From Camelus dromedarius (lineage: Eukaryota), in assembly GCF_036321535.1 (NCBI RefSeq), contig NC_087436.1, positions 112,098,001 through 112,162,000 of the forward strand: a stretch of DNA of 64,000 nucleotides, written 5' to 3'. A program made the translations under genes and the position numbers. Below are positions 12,001 to 24,192 of the stretch, piece by piece (positions within the stretch are counted from its first letter, which is position 1; the number at the start of each line of letters is the position of its first letter). The notes under the pieces are model-generated. The model ran no database searches, was not told the DNA's origin, and was given only the letters and a program-made list of their open reading frames with translations.

Positions 12001-14080
12001 AGGGTGATAGGGCAGCTGCTGGGTGTGGTTTTCAAGAAGCAGAGCAGCCTTTCGAGAGGGGCGTTTTCCATACTGCTGCAGGGCCCCGGTAACCGGCAGC
12101 TGGAGCTGGGCTTCACCGCCGCTCACATCGGTTAACTTCGAGCACATTTTCACACTGTTTGGCTCAAGCTCCTGGCAGCGTTCCTAAACACTCTGAGGAA
12201 ATAATTCCACAAAGTGGCATAAATTAATGTGACTAATTAACATGATGTTAATTATTTGTAAATTGTATGTTTGGATACACATTACTTGAGAGGCATATGT
12301 TACATTCAATGTTTACTGAAACAAGTGGCTGCTAATAGCGCCTCCTGAGTGTTCCCTTCACGACAGTCAGCAAATGGAGGCTCCTCTAAAAATAAAAACC
12401 GTGTCCTCGGGGGAGCTGTGGGAACGCCTGCGTATAATCCAGTGCCAACACAGTAGCCCGTTCCCTTGAAAAGTGGGTGTTCCTGAGACTTCCTGCTCCA
12501 CACCTGGTGAATTTGGGATACGGCTTCATTAAAACTGTTTCTTTGTTCCCAAAGCCCACTGACAGCAGAGCTTTGGGGATGCTCCCGAGTGGCACCTGGG
12601 TCTGGCTGGGGTGACCTCAGCATCTCCTCCAGGTGTTTGTCTGTCAGCTCAGCCCCACCCTCAGCCCCTGGACAAGTAGGTGGGGGGGGTGGGGGCTGCA
12701 GGTACAAAGCTACCAGCCTGGCTATTGTATATTTAGGATTGTTCACAGCTTCTCACTCAGTAACAAAGGATACTCTTTGGGCTCAAACTTGATGTTCTAG
12801 TTTTTGGTCCTGGAATAAACCAGTCTGTTTAGGGCTTTTAAGTTCTAAAGAGGGTATTTTGTTTCTTCAAGGTTCATTAGTTTCAAATGCTTTGGGTGTG
12901 CATTGCTAATGTGAAGAATAAATTACTCTTTTTACTTGAAAAAGGAAGTAGAGCCTTCCTAGCATTCTTTGGATACAGGGGCTGATGAGGTTTCTGGAGG
13001 GAAAGGCGTCTTAGTGACACCTTTTTGCCTATGGCATGCCATCACCTCGCGAAGTAAAACTATGTATTTTGCTGAAGTTCTTTGGCCAGGATTGAGTGAC
13101 CAGGTCCACGGGGCTTTTGACGTGGATCCTGCGGCCAAGAGGAGAAAACAGGCCATGGTTAGATCTGGTCGTGGGAAAGCCAAGGAGAGACTGCATAAAT
13201 CCCATTATTGGGGGAAATAGCTCCAGCTTTTGTATTTTATGATAGGCCTGGACGTTTCAAAAATAAAGGAGGATGACAGCAACCCAGGCTCCAAAGGACC
13301 AACCGAGGGGGCGAGGCAGCTCCACCTGGGTGCCCAGTTTTAACCCTGGGAACAGCTGCAGCTCTTCCCCGGACTGTCATTCACAGGGACGGAACACTGA
13401 TGGAGTTTGTTTCCCGGAGGGGCTTGTGAAGGGAGTTATGGGAAGCCTAAAGCACTTTAATTTATTCATGGGAGCTAATGACTTAAGTAAAAGCAAAGAA
13501 TTGTGTTTAAAATACACACCTGATTAACGCCCACACTGGAGTCGCAACAAAGTCCTAGTGAGGCTGGCGACCGTCTTAGGAGCTGTTGCATCTAACATAA
13601 TCTTACCTTACCCATCTCGACCGCCATAAGCAAGCACCTGGCCCGTAGTGGACATTAGAGTCCTGTGAGTGAATGAACGGCTGGCTCCTGGTGGGGAATT
13701 AAAAGGGAAGTGTGTCTCCTTCTCACATCTAGATAACAGAGTCCCTCTGTGACAACACAGATATAAAAATCCTCCCAAAGTCTCCAGATAAAATGTGAGT
13801 TTATTTCAATCGAGTTGACAAAATGAATTTACATCCCTTAGAAGATATGGGACATAGGAAAAAAGTGGGAGGGAAGTTGGTAAAAACTGGGTTGCCCATG
13901 AATGTGGTGACCCATAAATGCTAGGAACGGAGAAACAAGAATTTCCAGAAAGGTTTTTAATTTCAGTTTGGGGAGCAGAACTTTGAATGGAGAGGGATGT
14001 CCTGTCTTCTAGGAGAGAGTGAACATTTACATGACAATATTATAGGAACATATGAATTAAAATATCAGGAGGAGCCACAT

Positions 14081-14196
14081 TTTTTTTCTTTTTTTAATTG
14101 AAGTATAGTTGATTCACAACATTGTGTTAGTTTCTGGTGTACGGTATAGTCTGGTGTACATAGTCATGTGTGTGTATGTATATGTGTGTGTGTGTG

Positions 14197-14252
<56 letters not shown>

Positions 14253-14771
14253 GTATATCTTTTTCATATTCTTTTCCATTATAGGTTATTACATGCTATT
14301 GAGTATAGTTCCCTGTGCTCTACAGTAGCACCTTGCTGTTTATCTATTTTATATACAGTAGTGTGTATCTGCAAATCCCAAACTCCTAATTCATCCCTCT
14401 ACCCCTCTTTTCCCTTTACTAACCATAAGTTTGTTTTCTATGTCTGTGAGTCTGTTTCTGTTTTGTAAATAAGTTCATTTGTCTCATTTTTTTAGATTTC
14501 ACATGTAAGTGACATCATGTGATATTTGCCTTTCTCTGTCTGACTTACTTCACTTAGTGTGATAGTCTCTAGGTCCATCCATGTTGCTGCAGATGGCATT
14601 ATTTCATTCTTTTTTATCGCTGAGTAATATTCCATTGTGTATATATACCACATCTTCTTTATCCAGTCATCTGTCGATGGACATTTAGGTTGCTTCCATG
14701 TCTTGATTATTGTAAATAGCATTGATATGAACATTGGGGTGTGCATATCTTTTTGAATTGGAGTATTCTAG
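14081..14771 (-). mobile_element. 5'-truncated cetartiodactyl L1 (ORF2 C-terminus plus 3' UTR), antisense to LDB2
   Basis: ORF 14492-14746(-) reads ...KTWKQPKCPSTDDWIKKMWYIYTMEYYSAIKKNEI..., the L1 ORF2 end. Poly(T) tail at 14081-14095. TSD ggagccacat (14071-14080) / ggagctgcat (14772-14781). Confidence 0.95.
14167..14248. repeat. Compound (TG)n(TA)n microsatellite inside the L1 3' UTR
   Basis: Direct read. Confidence 0.95.
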
Positions 14772-15174
14772 GGAGCTGCATCTGAGATGTCTCTGATAAC
14801 CTTGGGGCTGTCTTTCAATGTATCCACTTACAAAAAGATAGCACAACCCAATGCTGTCAGGAAGATACCAACAGTTGCTAGACACTGCAGGTTTGGTATT
14901 TTAAAAGATAAACATAAATTTGTTCACAATTACTAAATGTTACAAGTATAGTTCTAGAAAATATTGTTTTTAAATTGTATAAATGACTACTCAAAAGAAT
15001 AGGAAAAATTTTTCACCTTCTGAACATAATCTTAGAGAAATTGTTCTGAATTTAGATTCTTTGCAACCCCAACATACAGCATGAACCCCAACATATAGTT
15101 AGCCCTTGGTGAATGTTTACTGGATGAATGCAAGAATTCCACTAAGCAAATTGACAAGACGTGGAGAAGATACA

Positions 15175-15420
15175 TAATAATAACAGCAAATATGCTATTG
15201 AGAATCTACTAGACTGCAGGCCCAGTTCCGAATATTTGGTGTGTATTAACTCATTAAGCTCTCACAAAGCTCCATCAGGTACATTCTACCATTATCCCCA
15301 TTTTACAGATGGGGAAACCTGGCACAGAGAGGTCAACAAACTTGCTCGGGGTCACACAGCTTGTTAGTGGTGGTACCAGGATTAGAAATGAGGCATGTTG
15401 GTTCTAGAGATTGTGCTTCT
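15175..15420 (-). mobile_element. MIR SINE
   Basis: attatccccattttacagatggggaaacctggcacagagaggtcaacaaacttgctcggggtcacacagct is the reversed MIR core. Confidence 0.85.
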
Positions 15421-15779
15421 AAAACACTCCTTCACCTGATTAAATAGCAGAAAAACCTCCTCTGGAGGGAAGCATACTTTCTCCTCTGTCAACAAGCAAT
15501 CTCAGAAAGAACCAGGACATGGGCCACCCTTGGGGGCAGAACTGGGGGCAAAGTGAACCGACACCCCCAACCAGCCATCCACAGGGTAAAGGGAAAAGAT
15601 AAATATTCTTTAAAACATATATTTTCTCTGTTACAGCCACCAGCTTTATAAATTCCTTAAAATACTGTCCCTAAGAGCTCTTACGTCCAAGGCACTTTGC
15701 TACCATGGCATTTGTTATTAGTTTAATTTTCAGTATTTTATGCCAGTCTCTAAGTTCTGGTAATAATGATAAGAAAAAG

Positions 15780-15960
15780 AAGAGTTAATAATGATTCAAT
15801 GTTTTCTCTATGCTAAGCCCTGTTCAAAGTCCTTTGCACAGACTTGTGCAGTAGGCACAATCATTGGTATCCCCATTTTACAGATGAGGAAACCGAGGCA
15901 CAGGGGTTAAGAACTGGTGAGCGGTAGAGCTGAGACCCAGGCAGTCGGGGTCTACGGCTG
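15780..15960 (-). mobile_element. MIR SINE
   Basis: tatccccattttacagatgaggaaaccgaggcacaggggttaag. Confidence 0.8.
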
Positions 15961-18049
15961 CTCCCATGATTGCTGGTGGGTCTTAACGCACACATCGTGA
16001 AGAAAGATGCGCCCTTTAGACTGGCTTACTCTGCCAAAAGTAGAAGGTATGTTATGGTTTTGCTGCTCTTTGTCTAAGACAAACCTGTTAAACACTTTTT
16101 AAAATCTATGCCAGCCTGTCTGTGTGTTCAGAAACCCACGGAAAGTGAGAAGTTTATAACACGTTAGAGCAATTAGTCTTTGGTCGTATATTTTCCAAGG
16201 AACATTTTGGGTGAACTTATACTTCATCATGAGGGATGGAAGCATTTCATCCCCACTATAAACCCAGCTGAACCTGCAGTTCTTACCCCAGCTCACCCTG
16301 AGGCCAAGTCCCACAGTCATCTCTTGACAGCAGAGGATTCTGGGTAACATTCCCACTATGCCAAGGGAAGATACAAAGAAAGAAACTTTGAAGCTGAGAT
16401 TTGGCTTCGTGCCACTGTCTAGTTAACATAGGATTAATATTTTCCTTCTCTACATAAAATAGTAGTTTTCTAAGGGATCATAAATTTTTAAACCAGAGAC
16501 TGTGTGATTTCTGATATTTTTTAATAAATTCAAATTTTTGGCTTCAGCTACCATTTTTAAACTCTGCCCTGCTTTGTACTTACTGAGAACATTCAAAACT
16601 TCAGAGCCCTTCATCTGTGAATTAATCATGTATGGCATATATGCAGTTGGAATTTAGCTATAAATATAAATGAAATTGCTCCAGCCATGGCAGGGTTCAA
16701 AAAAAAACTAAAGCAATTTTGGAGTTTTCAGTTTAAAAAAAAAAAAGAGAGAAATTTTAAGGGAGAAAAAGAGGAGTTAAGTTGAGAGGAGTGATTAAAT
16801 ATATTACAGTTTTTTACATTAAAATGTTGGGCTTGTGTGGTAGATGTACTTTATTCCTGAGGTTCTGCAAATCAGCTTATAAGCTCTACTGTCAAGGTGA
16901 AAGGAATTGAATAGTGTTTACCAGACTCCGGAGTATCTTTCTCACTTGACCTGCAGACACATGAGAGGAAACTGCGGACATTAATCACCTCGAAGGGTGA
17001 TCACATGAGGGGTTATATAGTTTTTCCCGGGTACCAGTTGGCAAGAGGGCTCACCAAGCTGAGGGACTGAGATTGATGAGACAGCAAGTGACAAAGATGG
17101 ATCAACAGTGCCTGCTCTCCTAAGGGTGCACAACTTCGAAGCCGTTTTCCTCCCAGATAAGTCTCAGGCATAAATAGCTGGAAAGTGCTTTCATCTACTG
17201 TGGAGTTTCTCATCTGATCTAGTTGAAATGTCTTCACGGCTGGTGAGGGAGGGGCAGGAGCTGGCATTTGAGGCTGCGTCTCTGAGTTTCAGTCCCAGCT
17301 GTAATACTTGCTATGGGGCTCTAGCAAGTTCCCTAACCCGCTGGGAGACAACTTCATGTATAAAGCAAGAACGTCTGCCTTCTGAGTTTGCTTTGTCTGC
17401 ACAGTTGAGATCAGCTGCTTTAATTACAGACTTATATTGAATGTCTGTTGGATGCTATGATGCTGTGTGAAGGGCTAAGGATACCAGAAACAGAGACTTC
17501 TCTCAAGGATTTTATCTCTAAGGAAGACAGACTAGTGAGCAATAATCAGAGTACACTGTGAGACATAGAACAATAGAAATCAGTGGAGAGTTATCGGGTT
17601 AGCGCAGGAGAAGGCTGAGAAAGTCTGTAACGTGTACTCACTCTGATTGCAAATGCACAAAAAAGTGGACGCAGTTTCCCCCCTCTCAGGGGAAGATGCA
17701 GAGAGGACCTGAGGACACTATTGGTACTCGAAAGGGAAGTCCCCAGCTGGGTGTCAGAAAGATGGCGTGGCACCAGCAGAGACACGGGCCGTCAGAATGC
17801 AGTGACTGGGGTTGCAGGGCTAAAGCAGAGTCTGATCGAGGGAAGCTTGACTGCCTTTCCTGGAGGCTGAGCTCCATCCTGAGGATCCTGAGCAGGAGAG
17901 GTGCAGGGTCAGATGTGATACAGGCACCGGGGCCATCCCAGCACGGAGCCTGGGACCCACTGCTTCGCCAAAGTGATCACTTAACCGGCGACTGTTCATC
18001 TCCTTCCTGTGCACACTATTCAGCAATGATTTTTCCCCTTTCTTTCCGT

Positions 18050-18990
18050 TTATCTTACCTACCAGCCGTACTGAGACCCAATCCACATATCAGACAATTC
18101 ACCTATTTAAAATACACAATTCATGAGACAAGTAAACTTATTTATAAAACAGAAACAGACTCACAGACGTAGAAAACAAACTTATGGTTACCAGGGGAAA
18201 TAGGGGAGGAGGGATAAATCGGGAGTTCAAGCTTTGCAGATACTAACTGCAATATACAAAATAGATAAACAAGGTCCTACTGTATAGCTGGGGAAACTAT
18301 TCAATATCTTGTAATAACCTATAATGAAAAAGAATATGAAAAGGAATATATATATAACTGAATCGCTGTGCTATACACCAGAAACTAACACAACACTGTA
18401 AATTGACTCTACTTCAATTAAAAAGTACACAATTCAGTGGTTAATACTATATTCATTGAGCTGTGCAGCCATCACCACAATCAATTTTAGGACATTTTCT
18501 TCACTCCCACAGAAAACTCCAAAGCCAGTCACCATCATGTTCCTTACTGCCTTCCCCCAGCCCCTGGCAACCACTAACCTACTTTCTGTCTCCGTAGATT
18601 CTGGACATTTTGTAAATGGAAACCTACAGCAGGTGATCTTTTGTGACTGACTTCTTTCCCTTAGCATGTCTTCGAGGTTCACCCATGTTACAGTGTGTAT
18701 CAGTAATTCACTCCTCTTTATGATCAAATATTATGCCCCTGGGTGGACCACCACATTTGATTTATCCAGGCCTCAATGGATGGATATTTGGGCTGTCTTC
18801 CCCCTGGGGCTGTTATGAATAATGCTGCTAGGAGCACTGATGTACAAGTTTGTGTGAGTACATATGCTTTCCTTTCTCTTGTGTAGATACCTTGTAGTGG
18901 TTTTGCGGAATCATATGCTAACTCTATGTTTAACCTTTTGAGGGAACTCGCAGACTCTTTTCCAAAGCGACTGCACCATTTTTCCCTTTT
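18050..18990 (-). mobile_element. Old L1 (L1MB-like) 3' region, interrupted by a younger L1
   Basis: attcacctatttaaaatacacaattca|gtgg...tgtgcagccatcaccacaatcaattttagga. ORFs 18434-18727(-) and 18724-19092(-) show degenerate ORF2-end motifs (LFITAP...QPKYPSIEAWINQMW). Confidence 0.85.
18124..18422 (+). mobile_element. Younger L1 3' UTR fragment nested in the older L1
   Basis: aaacagactcacagacgtagaaaacaaacttatggttacc...ccagaaactaacacaacactgtaaattgactctacttcaatt. TSD tacacaattca at 18113-18123 and 18426-18436. Confidence 0.9.
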
Positions 18991-19099
18991 TTTTTTCCTC
19001 TTAATGCCTGATATATTGTCTGTTGTTGTAAAGTGTGAACTGGGGAAGAGAACCAGGGCAAGGAGACACAACTCAATGTAGTCTGTTTTCATTTAATAG

Positions 19100-19480
19100 T
19101 CCAGGGAAGGGTTAGCTATTATTATAATAATGCTGCATACAAACCCCAGATCTCAGTGGCTTAGAATCACAGATATTTAGTTCTTGCTCTTAGGTCTACA
19201 AGTTGGCTGTAACTCTGCTGGCTCTGCTGGGATAGGTGGGGTTTGCTTGTAGTCTGTAGGTCAGGTTCATTCAGGGGCCAGTGTACCCAGGCCACATTCT
19301 TCCTATGGTGGGTGACAGATATATACGAGGCCATGACAAACCCCTAATATTCTTTTAGCCAAAGCAAGTCACCCAGCTACGCCCCAAAGTCAGCGGTGTG
19401 GGAAAGTTTGTTCTACTGATTTTTCAGGAAGTTTCTGCAGTGGTGCATGGCAAAGTGTGTGTTTGTAGGATCCTATTATA
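19100..19480 (-). mobile_element. Old MaLR LTR (MLT1J/K/L-like)
   Basis: aataatgctgcatacaaaccccagatctcagtggcttaga...ttagccaaagcaagtcacc. Confidence 0.65.
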
Positions 19481-22400
19481 AAAATGGAGTAGAGGTGTTG
19501 GACGGAAGGAGCTAATATCACACGGTCAATATGGAATTTACAGCACTCTAAACCAAGATGGCCAGCAGGGAAATAGACCGAAAGAGAGAAAGGGTAGAGA
19601 GATTTCCAAATTATAGCACATTTTTTTAAAAAATGAAGATCTGAGAAAGTCATAGTAATTTAGAAGCCAGTCTTTGGAGATTTGCTTTAAAGAAAAGGTG
19701 AAGGTATTTTGTAATTAACCTATTGATTTTACATATTCTATTTCAATGCACAGAGTCCTTGAATGCTTGGTTACTTCACAGGATAAAGAAATTCAAGGAT
19801 GGAAACAGCCTTCAGAGACATCTCATTCTATCCATAGAATCACTGAAAAATGTTGAAAGATTGAGGCCCTGGCTCCAGACTGGGTGGTGTCCCCTTCCCA
19901 AGGCCACTTGGTTCTATGCAAGTCACCCTGGGTGCTTCTCATAATAATGACTTATATTCTACTGATTTTCAAGACAGCCCTTGAAGGAGATGCTATCATC
20001 ACCCTACTGCACAAACAAGGAGGCTGGGACTTGGGAAGGTCCAGGCCAGAGTCACAGCTACCAAGTGTCGGGTCTGAGATTGGAGCTCGGAGCCCTCCAA
20101 CTCCAAAGCCCACCCACAATCCTGGATGTTTCTGGGCAGAAAATCCCTGCTTCCATTAATTATGAATCCGCTTTTAACCAGAACCAGCCTTCTTTTAGCC
20201 ATTCCTCCTAGTTTATCTTTTTTAAGTGGGTAAAACATTCCTCTTTGCAGCCTTGCTTATTCTTTGAATCTAGCTAGCTTCTCTTTTCTTTTTTATCACA
20301 GCTATTATAAGAGGAAAGCTTGACTTCCATATGAATTAGCTTAGGTTCTGAATCAGTGGGGTCTGAATCATTGGGGTTTAATCTAGTGCCTAGAAGACGG
20401 GGTCCTTTATCAGTGGGCTTCAGTTGTCCATGCTTCTCCCTTTGGCCACACACAGCCTACACTGAACACAGCAGATACACAGAGCAGAAAGTTGTTTTTA
20501 TTTCATCACCAGATTTTTTTCTCAAATTAAGTGTTCATGTCTTCATATCAGGTGGACCACTGGAAGCAAATAATATTATCAGAGGTACTCGGAATGGTAA
20601 TAGAGTATAGTGAGAATGGAAGAAGGAAAAAACAAGGGTGTCCAGAAGGTTAATTGGCCTGAATATCTGATATGGAAGGTGAATGGAAAAGACAGAGTTT
20701 ATCAAGAGAGGACAGTGGGGCTCTAAAATGTGGAATTATGAAAGAGAGAAACTTTATCAGAAAACATAAGACAAAAGCCGGCTCACGGGAAAGACCTAAT
20801 GATGAGATTGGTGGTGAAAAATGGGTACCTTGCTGGAGGTAGAAGCTAATGGCATTAGAGCAACCCTTCCTTAAGGAAACACCTGGAGCTCAGGATGAAA
20901 TATTGAAGGACAGGTTCTGCTCATTTGTGTCTCTACACTGGTCGGCATTCTGTATTCAAAAAATTCTGTCAAAATCAGAATTTGCCCAAGTGGCGGTAAT
21001 AAATCTCCCATGTATGCACTCTCTACTGTCTTAGCCATAAACAGGACTCAGTCAAACAGGGCTGCCATATTCTGCAGCATTCCAAAGGGATGAGTTCCTC
21101 CGTCAGAGCGTAGACAGCTGTGCTATGAGAACATTCATACACTGGGTGTGAGCAATTGACAAGTTGACAAAACATTGACAAAAAACAATTACTCAAGAAG
21201 CAGCACTCGGAAAGGTTGTTTGTTGTTTAGGAAATACCAAAGAAACAGAGAGAACAAGGGAAGGTGCTATTTTGGCCAATGCGCTAAAACATTATTTCTC
21301 AGGTTGCATCTCAGGACACTTTCTGCAAGGAAAACATCAGTAAGTAAAATAATATACTATAATACAATAAATGAATCCTTTACATTTTATTTTTAAGATG
21401 CACGTAATTACTGGGCAGGATTGTTAAAAAAAATCACTAATTGCATTCCACCAAAGATCAAAATATGGAAGTTATTTTAAGATATCTATATGCAAATACT
21501 TGAAATAGACAAAATACTTTGAAGTGCTCAAACTATAAAACATATTTTATCAGTTTGAAATAATTAATATATTTTTAAGCATAATCTGCGTATGCTACTT
21601 ATTTTGAGAATGATTTGCCTTCTTGGATTGGAAACGACAAAAGAATCAGGGTTTTAGCAGCATTTAACAATGATAATAATTATATAATATTGTGATTACT
21701 ATAATGATATAAAATAACATCTAGATCTTATTTTGTGCCATTAGCCATGCTAAATGTTTTACTTGTATTGTCTCAATGACTCCTTGATACTACCCTATGA
21801 GAAAAGAAGTTAAGCTTTTTTATAGGTAAGGAGTCTGAACCTTGAAGCAGTTTTATTACTTTTCCAAGATCGTACAGTGAGTAATCAGTGGAATTAGGGT
21901 CTGAACATAGGTATGTCTGAATCCACGCCTGGGCACTGCAGTTAGCGCATATGGAGTCTCCATGGGAATTAGGAAAAAGTGCCTCCCTCTCAAGATACTT
22001 TTATCTCCATCTGTTAGAAAATTGTTGTAATAAACTGATTGTGTAGACCAAGACAGCTTACTGCCATCTACCGGAAAATTGTTGGAATGAATACACTACA
22101 CATGTATGATGTGCAGGATGTGAAAGGTTCTCCCTTACTGGTGGCTCTGCCAGGCTCTTTAATGATTCTCCAATTCAGACAGGAGAACCTTCTTATTTTC
22201 TAGAAAAAAAAAAAAAAAAAAAAAAGAGAGAGAGAGAGAAAGTTCTCCTGCCCGCCCCCCTTCAATTTGTCCATTTTATTCAAACTTAATCCTTAATGAA
22301 ACACTGCACTGATCTTGATACCAATTAGCTGTCTGTTTATCTAATATTTATTCACTGACCATCTACTAAGTGTTTGTACTCATCCAAGGGCATGTGAAGA

Positions 22401-23511
22401 GTAGCAAGAGAGAATGGCCGCTTTCCAGGGGCTCACATTCTAGGTGGGGGAATAATTAAACCTATGATTACAATATGGAATAAAGGTCCCTGGGTTTCCT
22501 TGCAAGAACCACCTCCAAGTGGTTGGTCACGGCCACCTGTGGGGCAGCCACTGGCATGGAGGCGAAAATGGCCCCTGATTCTGGGTTCACAGGAAAGAAG
22601 CCTCAATGGACGATTCTTAGTTTGGCGAAAATGTTACTTTATTCCTTAATGTGTTTTGTTAAATTCTCCTTTTCTTTTTAATTTTTAATTTATCCTCTTC
22701 TTATATTTTTTCCTCGTTTCTGAGCTTTCAGTTTACTGAATTCATGTTCTTATCAAGTTGTTCTGTATCACGAAGCTTTGATGGGACAGTCTCTCTTTTT
22801 TGTTTATTTTTTCTTAGAAGTAGGTTTTTGTGCTGTCTTTTATCTTCTATGTTCCCTTTTCTTCTCTTCGTTTTAAAATATTCTTTCCCTGTATTATATC
22901 CCCATGGTTACCATGTAGTTCATTGTCATACTAATCTTGTCAGGAGGCTCAGACTTTCCAGGTGTCCTGATATGGTAAGGATGACCCCTTTGCTCTCTCC
23001 TGGACTATCTGAGACTCTCTTTTTTCTAAGCAACCTCTTTTCGGAGACAATTTGACGTCTGGGGCTGAGCCCAGCCTTGGCGGTCATGCTATGTTTCAAC
23101 TCTCTGTTCCACTTCAGAAGGGTGTGTTTCTTTCCCTGGCCGCCAGTTCTTAAATTTCATGACATTACGTCACGTGCCTTCACTGTATAGTTACTCTTAG
23201 TAATTGGTTTCTTGCTGCTGTTTACTTTTCTTTGTTAAAGAGATTTCAAATTTAGGCAACTCCACCCCCTTCCTGGCCCCACTCTTTGTAATCCGTTAAC
23301 CATGTGAAGAGTCTCTGTTACTCCACTTACCTGGCCCCGTTACTGTTCTCTTCTTATCTGTCTCTTTCTTCATGAGTCTATTATTTCATCTATTTGTTTA
23401 TTCTGCTTTTTTTTTTTTGGCAGACCCACAAGATAGACTACTTGCCCTCATACTCCTTACAGAAAAAAAGGGATAATAAGACACTAAACAGGTGATTTTA
23501 CTAGTAAGTAG

Positions 23512-24034
23512 TGTCGACTGAAAAAATGCACAACATAAAAGTTGGGAGGTATGTTTTATTCAGTGGACTTTCTGAAGACTTCAAGCCTGGGAGGCGGTCT
23601 CTCTGATCGCTCTAAAAGACTGCTTTGAAGAGAGAGGGGAGGATCTTGGATACATAGGAGTTTTTGCAACAAAGACCAAGTAGTTGGAACATTAAAAAAT
23701 GACTGTTAATTAAAGAAAACCAGACATCTCAAGATAAGGAATTCAGTGCTTTTCTATGTATGAGAAGATGCGAAAGTCTGGGCTCACTGCAGTCATTCCT
23801 TTGACGTGCACCTAGCTCTCTGGAGCCAGTATCCTGTGTTTCCCATCCTGAGTCTCCTCAGAGGGCCCCGCTGGGGGCGGCTGCAGCGGCTGAGGGCTTG
23901 GCAGGGGGCAGCCTGCTTGTCTCCATCCTGAGTTCCCTCCTCACCATCAGGGGCGGTAGTGGCTGATGACTTGATGACCACAGACCACAGTGTCCTTTGT
24001 TTATTGATATGGCAGGCAATATTTTTCATTCACA
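23512..24034 (-). mobile_element. ERV1 solo LTR (MER41-like artiodactyl family)
   Basis: TG...CA termini, perfect 4-bp TSD GTAG (23508-23511 / 24035-24038), AATAAA on the minus strand near 23555. The body (ctgttaattaaagaaaaccagacatctcaag...tttctatgtatgagaagatgc) resembles MER41_BT as I recall it. Confidence 0.88.
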
Positions 24035-24139
24035 GTAGTACATTCCAATTGAGATAAGTTCTATAAAGGAGAAGTTTGGGGTGCTACAAAAATATATAAG
24101 GTAGAGTGGCACAGAGTAGATGTTTAACAAATAATTAGT

Positions 24140-24192
24140 GGATAGATGGATGGTTGGATGGATGGATGGGTGGGTGGATGGATGGATAGATG
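24140..24192. repeat. (GGAT)n microsatellite at an L2 tail
   Basis: Direct read; preceded by the L2-like end gcacagagtagatgtttaacaaata. Confidence 0.85.

Noticed and set aside
14492..14746. 84-aa ORF with clear protein similarity
   Set aside because: It is the L1 ORF2 C-terminal remnant of a truncated element, not a gene.
21156..21180. Three TTGACA hexamers resembling bacterial -35 boxes
   Set aside because: The context is a eukaryotic intron; at most these are MEIS-like half-sites, with no further support.
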